Part shown: positions 12,004 through 22,949 of the stretch, piece after piece
How the letters are laid out: the number at the start of each line of letters is the position of its first letter
Position numbering within the stretch: position 1 is the stretch's first letter
Made by a program: the position numbers and the translations under genes
Assembly: GCA_004431415.1 (NCBI GenBank)
Contig: QPMI01000409.1
Location: 310,001 to 374,000 of the forward strand
Direction: 5' to 3'
DNA length: 64,000 bases
Source of the DNA: Cyanophora paradoxa CCMP329
Lineage: Eukaryota; Plantae; Glaucophyta
The notes under the pieces: model-generated
The model's input: only the letters and a program-made list of their open reading frames with translations
What the model was told of the DNA's origin: nothing
Databases searched by the model: none

Positions 12004-13015
12004 GCGGGGCGGGGCGGGCGCGCTTGTAGTGCTGCGTGGAGGAGGCGGCGAGGACGCACTGGAAGGCGATGCGGAAGAGGTTCTTCATCACGAAGCCCGG
12101 CGCCTCCTCCTGCGCCGGCGTCGGCGAGGCGGAGGCGGGGGCGGGCCGGCCGGCGATCGGCGCACGGGGGGGAGGGGCTCGTCAATCACGCCCATCTCGT
12201 AGAGCAGCGCCGTCCCCAGGCCCTGCGAGCGCGCGTCGAGAATTTGCGGTGCGGGGCCAAGCGCGCCGCACGCCGAGCCGGAGGCGGCGGCGGCGAGCGC
12301 ACCGTCGCGAGGTCGGGCTCGGCGCGGATGTGCTTCTCGGCCTCTTGCCTGTTCCGCCATGTCCACAGATGTGGGAACACCCAGACGCTCTCGCCCGCAG
12401 GAGGGGCTCCTCCCTGGGGGCGGCCCGCAGCAGGTGCGCCACCGTGAACGCCCGCCTGCGCCCCCGTCACCCGCACCGCCCGGCTCGCCCCGCGCAGGCC
12501 CGGGCCCGCACCCGCGCCGACGTCCACGAAGATCTGAGGCGGGGCCCGGGGCGCGTCAGGCGAGGGCCGGGGCCGGGGCCGGGGCCGGGCCGGGGCGGGG
12601 CGCCTTGCAGGCGAGGTGGGGCTCCCTGTGCTCGCCGGCGTACTCCAGGCACGTCGCCACGTCCGACATCAGGAAGCTGCCGCCTCGTCAGGCGCCGCCC
12701 CGGGCCGGCGGGGCGGGCGGGGCGGGGCGGGCGCGCTTGTAGTGCTGCGTGGAGGAGGCGGCGAGGACGCACTGGAAGGCGATGCGGAAGAGGTTCTTCA
12801 GCACGAAGCCCGGCGCCTCCTCCTGCGCCGGCGTCGGCGAGGCGGAGGCGGGGGCGGGCCGGCCGGCGATCGGCGCACGGGGGGGAGGGGCTCGTCAATC
12901 ACGCCCATCTCGTAGAGCAGCGCCGTCCCCAGGCCCTGCGAGCGCGCGTCGAGAATTTGCGGTGCGGGGCCAAGCGCGCCGCACGCCGAGCCGGAGGCGG
13001 CGGCGGCGGCGAGCG
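12004..13015. repeat. ~300-bp internal direct duplication (about 12004-12300 and 12717-13015) with exon-like content on the minus strand
   Basis: Both copies encode ILDARSQGLGTALLYEMGVIDE and EEAPGFV(M/L)KNLFRIAFQCVLAASSTQHYK between intron-like GC tracts. Confidence 0.75.
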
Positions 13016-14365
13016 CGCCATCGCCATGCGCACCGAGCGCACCGACGGTGTCCACAGATGGGGGAACACCCAAACGCTCTCGCTCAATGGAACGAGGTCC
13101 CGCGCGGCGACGACGCTGCGGCGGCGGTAAGCGTGGCACTACGCGGCGGCGGCGGCGGAGCGCACTACGCGCGTGCGATCTGGTGGTCCTCTCGCGAGCG
13201 CAGGTTGAAGTCGTCCGACGGTCGGCGGTGCTGTACTGCGGCAGGCGCAGCTTCCGCGCCGGTGGAGGACGGCCATAGAGCTAGTGCACTGGCCGCTAGC
13301 CATAGCTATATGACGACTCCAGCCGAGCGCCATAGCTATATGACGACTCCGGAAGCTCGGCCGCACGCTTGTTCGGCCGCACGACTCCGGTACCCCGTAC
13401 CCCTGCGCTGTTGTGGCCGCCCAAATCCCGCTCCTGTGCTTCGGCGAGCGCGCCGAGTGCGCATATCGGCTGAAACTTGCTTCTAATAGCTGCAAAGAGC
13501 TTATCGAACGCCCGCCCGTCACCTCGCGGCCGCGGATGCGCCTGGTGTGCGGGTGCGCGGGCGGGCCGGAGCCAGTGCGAACGACTTCTAACCGCTGCGC
13601 CTCTATCTTCGGTGCTGCTGTCGCCCCGGCTGTGCGCCTCTAAGCGACGATGGTACTGTCACTGACCGCGACCCAGGCGGAGCGGGACACCGGCCGATGA
13701 ACTGCACTCTACGCCCAGTGGGCCAATTCTGTGCGCGGGCGCGATGCTCCCCGCACGCCCTGCACCGCGCCATCACTACTGATAACCCACCCCTTCGGAA
13801 TTGAACAATCCTGGGGGGTATAGAATGCGCTCAGTGGTCCCTCACACACGCGCACGGAATTGGTGTTGCGTGTTGCGTGCAATCATTGAATGTGACTCAG
13901 TGAGGACCGGGGATGATTCGGGGAATCACCAGCCTCTCGCGAGCCTCGGAGATCTAGATGCCCTAATGGTAGAACCTGCCAGGCTGCCAGGCTGCAGCTG
14001 CCGCCTCAGGCCGGGCCTTAAAGCTTGATCATGACTCAGTACTAGTGACACTAGTACTGTACATGTGACACCCCTTCCGAAGTTCGACGTTGGTTCGACT
14101 CCAGCCGCGGCTGGCATGGGTCCGGGTCGCAACGCGTCCATAACAGCATGTAAATGTGATACGTACGTACTCTGGATCCGGTCCGGATCGATAGATATCC
14201 CCGGACCGAAATCAGAAGAGACGTCCCACCGAAGATCTAGAGCAGAGCGAGCTCTCGCTGCGGGAACGTACCCACGTGCACGGCCAGGAGCTCGAGCCGA
14301 ACGCGGATCGCCCCCCCGGCCCTCCGGTCCGGTCCCTCCTCCTTCCCCACCGCCCGCCTCCGGAT

Positions 14366-14397
<32 letters not shown>

Positions 14398-14729
14398 CCT
14401 CGATCCGGGCACACGAGCCTGCACGCAAGCTTGCTAATGTCGTATTGCACCTGCTAATGTCGTATTCAATGATTCGAAGCTTCATGATCGAGCAAGCACG
14501 AGCCTGCACACACGTGCGGGAAGCTGGTCATGCAGTACCTACAGTACCGGAAGAGTGCCAGCGAGCCAGCTGAAAGATCTAGAGGTGGAGCACCAAGCAG
14601 GAGCGCCTGGACCGAGGCCAGGGCGAAGAGGATCCGGAGCTGGTGAGGACGCACGCCCTACGTATACGTATACGTATACAGCGCGGCTCGGGGCGACTCG
14701 CGCCCGCCAGCTGCAGCCGCGATGCAAAC

Positions 14730-15290
14730 GCTTCAGACGCGGGCGTCGCGGGCTTCTCGCACACAGGGATAATGGAAGACGTGCGCGAGGCTTAGGCAAT
14801 TTTCGTGGCGTTCCCTGGCCATGGCCTGCGAGGGCGTTAGACCGTCGGACCATGGCCATGGAATGGCGTGCGTGCGCTCTCGACGCGGGCGGGGCGGGCT
14901 TCGCGCACACAGGGATAATGGAAGACGTGCGCGAGACCGGGGAGATTTCCGTGGCGTTCCCTGGCCTGCGAGGGCGTTAGACCATGGGGCGTGCGCTCTC
15001 GGCGCGGGCGGCGCGGGCTTCGCGCACACAGTCATGATGGAAGACGTGCGCAAGACCGGGGAGAATTCCGTGGCGTTCCCTGGCCTGCGAGGGCGTCAGA
15101 CCATGGGGCGTGCGCTCTCGACGCGGGCGGCGCGGGCTTCGCGCACACAGGGATGATGAAAGACGTGCGCGAGACCGGGGAGATTCCCGTGGCGTTCCCT
15201 GGCCTGCGAGGGCGTTAGACTATGGCGGCGTTAGACTTTGGTGGCGTGCGCTCTAGACGCGGTCGGCGCGGGCTTCGCGCACACGGGGAG
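14730..15290. repeat. ~120-bp minisatellite (4-5 copies) within each 2.6-kb unit; also ~17345-17900 and ~19965-20525
   Basis: Recurring GCGGGCTTCGCGCACACAG..ATGGAAGACGTGCGCGAGACCGGGGAGA..CCGTGGCGTTCCCTGGCCTGCGAGGGCGTTAGAC. Confidence 0.9.
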
Positions 15291-15909
15291 ATATGCGTGC
15301 GCGGTACAGATTTACAGAAATTTTCTAAAGCGCTCGCGCGAACGCCATAAGCGCTCGGACGAATGCGAAAATGTGGACGGAAGACTGCGCGTCTCGCTCC
15401 GCGTGCGGTGAAAGCGGAGAAGAATGCGCGCAAATTTTTGACAGGTCGACGCTTCGCGCGCCGCGCGGCTCGCTGCGCAACGAGAACGACGACAGAGCGA
15501 GAACGAGACGATAACGAGACCGTGGGGCGAGAAGCGCTCGCCCGAAGAACGAGAATGGGGCGGAAGGACCACCTGTCACCCTCGCCCGCGCCCGGCGACC
15601 CGCCTGAGCCGCAGCTGGCCAGACGCAACCTTCACCTGCACTTGAAGCTTGAGCATGGAGCGCGATGCCGCTCTGGCGAGGAGTCTCGGAGCACTCTGCC
15701 CTCGAAGGAACGCCACTTGTGACCCGGCGTGGTCAACGCTCCCTGGAGCGAGCAGCGCTAGCGTGAGCTTGGTACTCCATGGTGCCTACTGCGGCATGCT
15801 GCGCCTCGCGGCGCGCGTGCCGGCGGCGGCGGGACGCGGACGGTAACGTCCAGTACCCCGATAGCCCTATATATACCCGCCGAAAATCTCCCTTAGCAGA
15901 AAAAAAACC

Positions 15910-15968
15910 TCCCTAATGGTGTAGAGGTCAGCATACCGCGCTTTCACCGCGGCGACCCGGGTTCGAAC
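15910..15968 (+). pseudogene. 3'-truncated tRNA-Glu(UUC), copy 2
   Basis: Same 59 nt and same breakpoint as copy 1. Confidence 0.9.
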
Positions 15969-18525
15969 TTCGTGATAATTTACTATACCCCCTCTTTCGT
16001 GCTATGGTATACCCTCGGCGCGCGTGGGCCCCGTACCTATACCCCCTCCCCTCCTCCCTTCTTTGATTTAATTTCGGATCCGAGTTCCTGCACACGTCTT
16101 CGACTTCCCCAACTGGGTGACATGCATTCCCCCCCTCCCCCCCTCCCCCCCTCCTCCCCGCCCCCCCCCCCTCCCTCCCGGTGATCATGAGGCTCTCCCC
16201 CGGCCCTCTGCCCCCTCCGATCTGCTAGCTGCATTGCTAGCTGCCCGACCTCATGATCACTATCGAGATTTCAGCTGCATTGCTGCTAGGCTATCACGTG
16301 CACCTATATATAGCTAAGCCTGTCCGATGGTCAGGCATCGCTATTACTTGGGCGCGTCCGCATATGCATATATATAGGCAGCTGCAGTTGTGAGGTTAAC
16401 GTTGTGAGTTGTGAGGTGAAATGCCACAGTGCAGCAATATTAATGCGTATGGAACCACGCGCACGGAATTGGTGTTGCGTGTCACACACACAGTGTTGCG
16501 TGCAATGTGACTCAGTGAGGACCGGGGATGATTCGGGGAATCACCAGCCTCTCGCGAGCCTCGGAGATCTAGATGCCCTAATGGTAGAACCTGCCAGGCT
16601 GCCAGCTGCAGGCTGCAGCTGCCGCCTCAGGCCGGGCCTTAAAGCTTGATCATGACTCAGTACTAGTGACACTAGTACTGTACATGTGACACCCCTTCCG
16701 AAGTTCGACGTTGGTTCGACTCCAGCCGCGGCTGGCATGGGTCCGGGTCGCAACGCGTCCATAACAGCATGTAAATGTGATACGTACGTACTCTGGATCC
16801 GGTCCGGATCGATAGATATCCCCGGACCGAAATCAGAAGAGACGTCCCACCGAAGATCTAGAGCAGAGCGAGCTCTCGCTGCGGGAACGTACCCACGTGC
16901 ACGGCCAGGAGCTCGAGCCGAACGCGGATCGCCCCCCCGGCCCTCCGGTCCGGTCCCCTCCTCCTTCCCCCACCGCCCCGCCTCCGGATCCCCCCCCCCC
17001 CCCCCCCCCCCCCTCGATCCGGGCACACGAGCCTGCACGCAAGCTTGCTAATGTCGTATTGCACCTGCTAATGTCGTATTCAATGATTCGAAGCTTCATG
17101 ATCGAGCAAGCACGAGCCTGCACACACGTGCGGGAAGCTGGTCATGCAGTACCTACAGTACCGGAAGAGTGCCAGCGAGCCAGCTGAAAGATCTAGAGGT
17201 GGAGCACCAAGCAGGAGCGCCTGGACCGAGGCCAGGGCGAAGAGGATCCGGAGCTGGTGAGGACGCACGCCCTACGTATACGTATACGTATACAGCGCGG
17301 CTCGGGGCGACTCGCGCCCGCCAGCTGCAGCCGCGATGCAAACGCTTCAGACGCGGGCGTCGCGGGCTTCTCGCACACAGGGATAATGGAAGACGTGCGC
17401 GAGGCTTAGGCAATTTTCGTGGCGTTCCCTGGCCATGGCCTGCGAGGGCGTTAGACCGTCGGACCATGGCCATGGAATGGCGTGCGTGCGCTCTCGACGC
17501 GGGCGGGGCGGGCTTCGCGCACACAGGGATAATGGAAGACGTGCGCGAGACCGGGGAGATTTCCGTGGCGTTCCCTGGCCTGCGAGGGCGTTAGACCATG
17601 GGGCGTGCGCTCTCGGCGCGGGCGGCGCGGGCTTCGCGCACACAGTCATGATGGAAGACGTGCGCGAGACCGGGGAGAATTCCGTGGCGTTCCCTGGCCT
17701 GCGAGGGCGTCAGACCATGGGGCGTGCGCTCTCGACGCGGGCGGCGCGGGCTTCGCGCACACAGGGATGATGAAAGACGTGCGCGAGACCGGGGAGATTC
17801 CCGTGGCGTTCCCTGGCCTGCGAGGGCGTTAGACTATGGCGGCGTTAGACTTTGGTGGCGTGCGCTCTAGACGCGGTCGGCGCGGGCTTCGCGCACACGG
17901 GGAGATATGCGTGCGCGGTACAGATTTACAGAAATTTTCTAAAGCGCTCGCGCGAACGCCATAAGCGCTCGGACGAATGCGAAAATGTGGACGGAAGACT
18001 GCGCGTCTCGCTCCGCGTGCGGTGAAAGCGGAGAAGAATGCGCGCAAATTTTTGACAGGTCGACGCTTCGCGCGCCGCGCGGCTCGCTGCGCAACGAGAA
18101 CGACGACAGAGCGAGAACGAGACGATAACGAGACCGTGGGGGCGAGAAGCGCTCGCCCGAAGAACGAGAATGGGGCGGAAGGACCACCTGTCACCCTCGC
18201 CCGCGCCCGGCGACCCGCCTGAGCCGCAGCTGGCCAGACGCAACCTTCACCTGCACTTGAAGCTTGAGCATGGAGCGCGATGCCGCTCTGGCGAGGAGTC
18301 TCGGAGCACTCTGCCCTCGAAGGAACGCCACTTGTGACCCGGCGTGGTCAACGCTCCCTGGAGCGAGCAGCGCTAGCGTGAGCTTGGTACTCCATGGTGC
18401 CTACTGCGGCATGCTGCGCCTCGCGGCGCGCGTGCCGGCGGCGGCGGGACGCGGACGGTAACGTCCAGTACCCCCGATAGCCCTATATATACCCGCCGAA
18501 AATCTCCCTTAGCAGAAAAAAAACC

Positions 18526-18584
18526 TCCCTAATGGTGTAGAGGTCAGCATACCGCGCTTTCACCGCGGCGACCCGGGTTCGAAC
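18526..18584 (+). pseudogene. 3'-truncated tRNA-Glu(UUC), copy 3
   Basis: Same 59 nt and same breakpoint as copy 1. Confidence 0.9.
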
Positions 18585-21146
18585 TTCGTGATAATTTACT
18601 ATACCCCTCTTTCGTGCTATGGTATACCCTCGGCGCGCGTGGGCCCCGTACCTATACCCCCTCCCCTCCTCCTTCTTTGATTTAATTTCGGATCCGAGTT
18701 CCTGCACACGTCTTCGACTTCCCCAACTGGGTGACATGCATTCCCCCCCCTCCCCCCCTCCCCCCCCCTCCCTCCCCGCCCCCCCCCTCCCTCCCGGTGA
18801 TCATGAGGCTCTCCCCCGGCCCTCTGCCCCCTCCGATCTGCTAGCTGCATTGCTAGCTGCCCGACCTCATGATCACTATCGAGATTTCAGCTGCATTGCT
18901 GCTAGGCTATCACGTGCACCTATATATAGCTAAGCCTGTCCGATGGTACCGGTCAGGCATCGCTATTACTTGGGCGCGTCCGCATATGCATATATATAGG
19001 CAGCTGCAGTTGTGAGGTTAACGTTGTGAGTTGTGAGGTGAAATGCCACAGTGCAGCAATATTAATGCGTATGGAACCACGCGCACGGAATTGGTGTTGC
19101 GTGTCACACACACAGTGTTGCGTGCAATGTGACTCAGTGAGGACCGGGGATGATTCGGGGAATCACCAGCCTCTCGCGAGCCTCGGAGATCTAGATGCCC
19201 TAATGGTAGAACCTGCCAGGCTGCCAGCTGCAGGCTGCAGCTGCCGCCTCAGGCCGGGCCTTAAAGCTTGATCATGACTCAGTACTAGTGACACTAGTAC
19301 TGTACATGTGACACCCCTTCCGAAGTTCGACGTTGGTTCGACTCCAGCCGCGGCTGGCATGGGTCCGGGTCGCAACGCGTCCATAACAGCATGTAAATGT
19401 GATACGTACGTACTCTGGATCCGGTCCGGATCGATAGATATCCCCGGACCGAAATCAGAAGAGACGTCCCACCGAAGATCTAGAGCAGAGCGAGCTCTCG
19501 CTGCGGGAACGTACCCACGTGCACGGCCAGGAGCTCGAGCCGAACGCGGATCGCCCCCCCGGCCCTCCGGTCCGGTCCCTCCTCCTTCCCCACCGCCCCG
19601 CCTCCGGATCCCCCCCCCCCCCCCCCCCCCCCCCCTCGATCCGGGCACACGAGCCTGCACGCAAGCTTGCTAATGTCGTATTGCACCTGCTAATGTCGTA
19701 TTCAATGATTCGAAGCTTCATGATCGAGCAAGCACGAGCCTGCACACACGTGCGGGAAGCTGGTCATGCAGTACCTACAGTACCGGAAGAGTGCCAGCGA
19801 GCCAGCTGAAAGATCTAGAGGTGGAGCACCAAGCAGGAGCGCCTGGACCGAGGCCAGGGCGAAGAGGATCCGGAGCTGGTGAGGACGCACGCCCTACGTA
19901 TACGTATACGTATACAGCGCGGCTCGGGGCGACTCGCGCCCGCCAGCTGCAGCCGCGATGCAAACGCTTCAGACGCGGGCGTCGCGGGCTTCTCGCACAC
20001 AGGGATAATGGAAGACGTGCGCGAGGCTTAGGCAATTTTCGTGGCGTTCCCTGGCCATGGCCTGCGAGGGCGTTAGACCGTCGGACCATGGCCATGGAAT
20101 GGCGTGCGTGCGCTCTCGACGCGGGCGGGGCGGGCTTCGCGCACACAGGGATAATGGAAGACGTGCGCGAGACCGGGGAGATTTCCGTGGCGTTCCCTGG
20201 CCTGCGAGGGCGTTAGACCATGGGGCGTGCGCTCTCGGCGCGGGCGGCGCGGGCTTCGCGCACACAGTCATGATGGAAGACGTGCGCGAGACCGGGGAGA
20301 ATTCCGTGGCGTTCCCTGGCCTGCGAGGGCGTCAGACCATGGGGCGTGCGCTCTCGACGCGGGCGGCGCGGGCTTCGCGCACACAGGGATGATGAAAGAC
20401 GTGCGCGAGACCGGGGAGATTCCCGTGGCGTTCCCTGGCCTGCGAGGGCGTTAGACTATGGCGGCGTTAGACTTTGGTGGCGTGCGCTCTAGACGCGGTC
20501 GGCGCGGGCTTCGCGCACACGGGGAGATATGCGTGCGCGGTACAGATTTACAGAAATTTTCTAAAGCGCTCGCGCGAACGCCATAAGCGCTCGGACGAAT
20601 GCGAAAATGTGGACGGAAGACTGCGCGTCTCGCTCCGCGTGCGGTGAAAGCGGAGAAGAATGCGCGCAAATTTTTGACAGGTCGACGCTTCGCGCGCCGC
20701 GCGGCTCGCTGCGCAACGAGAACGACGACAGAGCGAGAACGAGACGATAACGAGACCGTGGGGGCGAGAAGCGCTCGCCCGAAGAACGAGAATGGGGCGG
20801 AAGGACCACCTGTCACCCTCGCCCGCGCCCGGCGACCCGCCTGAGCCGCAGCTGGCCAGACGCAACCTTCACCTGCACTTGAAGCTTGAGCATGGAGCGC
20901 GATGCCGCTCTGGCGAGGAGTCTCGGAGCACTCTGCCCTCGAAGGAACGCCACTTGTGACCCGGCGTGGTCAACGCTCCCTGGAGCGAGCAGCGCTAGCG
21001 TGAGCTTGGTACTCCATGGTGCCTACTGCGGCATGCTGCGCCTCGCGGCGCGCGTGCCGGCGGCGGCGGGACGCGGACGGTAACGTCCAGTACCCCCGAT
21101 AGCCCTATATATATATACCCGCCGAAAATCTCCCTTAGCAGAAAAC

Positions 21147-21205
21147 TCCCTAATGGTGTAGAGGTCAGCATACCGCGCTTTCACCGCGGCGACCCGGGTT
21201 CGAAC
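21147..21205 (+). pseudogene. 3'-truncated tRNA-Glu(UUC), copy 4
   Basis: Same 59 nt. It shares 17 further nt with copies 1-3, then becomes unique sequence. Confidence 0.9.
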
Positions 21206-21675
21206 TTCGTGATAATTTACTATTGCGCTGAGCGGGATGCGCTAAGCAGTTGGCTAGGCCCAGAGGCGCCCCAAGCAGAGAGGGACAGGCCCGTACAGCA
21301 CCGTAGGGCGACGGCAAGCGGGTGCCATTACGTACACAGCAGGCGCAGAGCCGGCGTAAGACAGCAAGTAACAGGTACAGCGTAAGACAGTAAGTACAGA
21401 GAACAGGGACGAGAACGACAGCCAGCAAGCGAGCGCCGCGCAGGGCAAGCAGCGTGAGCTTGGTACTCCACGTTGCCAACCGCGGCATGCTGTTCCTCGC
21501 GGCGCGCGTGGCGGTCGCGCCGGGAGGCGGACGGCAGCACCCGACTTTACCCCCCTAGAAGCCCTATAAATAGCGCGAATTGGCCCATTGAACCGATCCC
21601 AACCACTGCAGGCACCTCCCAGAGACCACCACCCCCGTTAGTGCCTGACCCCTCCCTCACGTACCCCCCCCCCCC

Positions 21676-22389
21676 CTCAAAACAGCACTAACCGCCCACC
21701 CCTCCCAGCCTTCCCCTCTCCAAGCCCCCACCCAGTCAGCCCCCCTCCCCTACGTACCCCCCCCCCCCTCGTTCGAGCACTAACCTACCCCCTAGCCTAG
21801 GCCGGCCCAAGGGGACCTCTCCCCTCGTGACGTACCCCCCGTTAGTGCCCGATCGCTCCTCGAACGTACCCCCCCGCCACGGGTTCGAGCACCAACCACC
21901 CCCCTCGTGTACCCCTATAAATAGCGCCTCTAAGCTCGAGGGAAAACCGCCCCGAACCGCCCCCTTCCCCAACTGGGTGACATGCATTCCCCCCCCTCCC
22001 CCCCTCCCCCCCCTCCCTCCCCCCCCCTCCCTCCCGGTGATCATGAGGCTCTCCCCCGGCCCTCTGCCCCCTCCGATCTGCTAGCTGCATTGCTAGCTGC
22101 CCTACCCCCCGGCCCTCAAAACAGCACTAACCGCCCACCCCTCCCAGCCTGCCCCCTCTCCAAGCCCCCACCCAGTCAGCCCCCTCCCCTACGTACCCCC
22201 CCCCTCGTTCGAGCACTAACCTACCCCTAGCCTAGGCCGGCCCCAAGGGGACCTCTCCCCTCGTGACGTACCCCCCCGTTAGTGCCCGATCGCTCCTCGA
22301 ACGTACCCCCCCCCGCCACGGGTTCGAGCACCAACCACCCCCCCTCGTGTACCCCTATAAATAGCGCCTCTAAGCTCGAGGGAAAACCG
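21676..22389 (+). repeat. ~275-bp direct repeat (21676-21950 and 22115-22389), each ending in a TATA-containing tRNA upstream region
   Basis: CTCAAAACAGCACTAACCGCC...CCCCTATAAATAGCGCCTCTAAGCTCGAGGGAAAACCG occurs twice. Confidence 0.85.
22355..22363 (+). promoter_or_regulatory. TATA box upstream of the intact tRNA-Glu
   Basis: CTATAAATA about 30-38 bp upstream of the mature 5' end. Confidence 0.55.
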
Positions 22390-22392
22390 GCA

Positions 22393-22464
22393 TCCCTAAT
22401 GGTGTAGAGGTCAGCATACCGCGCTTTCACCGCGGCGACCCGGGTTCGAACCCCGGTTAGGGAA
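22393..22464 (+). tRNA. tRNA-Glu(UUC), intact, intronless
   Basis: 72 nt. Acceptor TCCCTAA/TTAGGGA, anticodon arm CCGCG-CTTTCAC-CGCGG, T arm CCGGG-TTCGAAC-CCCGG, followed by T5. Confidence 0.97.
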
Positions 22465-22467
22465 GAC

Positions 22468-22472
22468 TTTTT
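22468..22472 (+). terminator. Pol III terminator (T5)
   Basis: TTTTT starting 4 nt after the discriminator base. Confidence 0.75.
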
Positions 22473-22949
22473 ATCTCCTCTCATTTTCGAGTCCCGGGCT
22501 CGGGGTTTTCGAGGGGAGGTTCCGTCCTCGAGGCCCGCGGGGAGAGAAATTATATATCGCCCCTCGAGGCCAAATTAAGGGGGAGTACCGGCTCGCTATA
22601 GGTAGCGCTGCAATTGCAAGTTGCGCTAGTTTAGTAGCTAGCTAGTCGCGCGTCTCGCGCATCTCGCAGTATCCGAGTGACGTGGCCCGGGGCCACGCCG
22701 CGCTCTTGGTAGCAGGTGCATCATCAGTCCCCGCTATCGCTGCCTGCCGCGCGTGACACAGCCGCCAGCCGATCGAAGGCGGGCAGGCGCCGTGCAGTGG
22801 TCTGCAGGGTCGCCTCGCTCGGCAACCAGCGAATCCACTCAGCAACTCGGGCCACCGGCTCGGCAGCGTGCGCGCAGCGGCGACGTGACGGCGCCGCCGC
22901 ACGCCAAAGACAGCCCTCCGACCAGCTTGAGTAGATCTCGGTGCGCAGG

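Larger units (their letters stand above)
8739..13846. mobile_element. 5.1-kb DNA transposon-like insertion with imperfect ~80-bp TIRs and 6-bp TSD (CACGCG); no recognisable transposase, likely non-autonomous
   Basis: Empty site ATGGAACCACGCGCACGGAATT is present in units 2 and 3. TSD at 8733-8738 and 13847-13852. Left end TATCAGGGAC..AGCGCATTCTA..CCCCC..ATTGTTCAATT..TCAGTA..TGATGGCG matches the reverse complement of the right end TGTGAGGGAC..AGCGCATTCTA..CCCCCC..ATTGTTCAATT..TCAGTA.TGATGGCG. Confidence 0.9.
7848..21222 (+). repeat. Tandem array of ~2.61-kb units starting at 7848, 15575, 18190 and 20812 (last one partial). Each starts with the methyltransferase 3' end and carries a truncated tRNA-Glu
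   Basis: Near-identical sequence with periods 2615 and 2622 bp. Unit 1 is 2613 bp after removing the 5.1-kb insertion and one TSD copy. Confidence 0.95.

Noticed and set aside
14089-14105. tRNA T-arm-like hairpin GTTGG-TTCGACT-CCAGC in each array unit
   Set aside because: No D arm, anticodon arm or matching acceptor strand. At best an unrecognisable relic.
14365-14400. Length differences in C homopolymers between array units
   Set aside because: Homopolymer length is unreliable in assemblies, so it was not used as evidence.
14730-15290. CRISPR-like array (also the 21-bp repeats at 10430-10680)
   Set aside because: The repeats are contiguous, without unique spacers. The context is eukaryotic and no cas genes are present.
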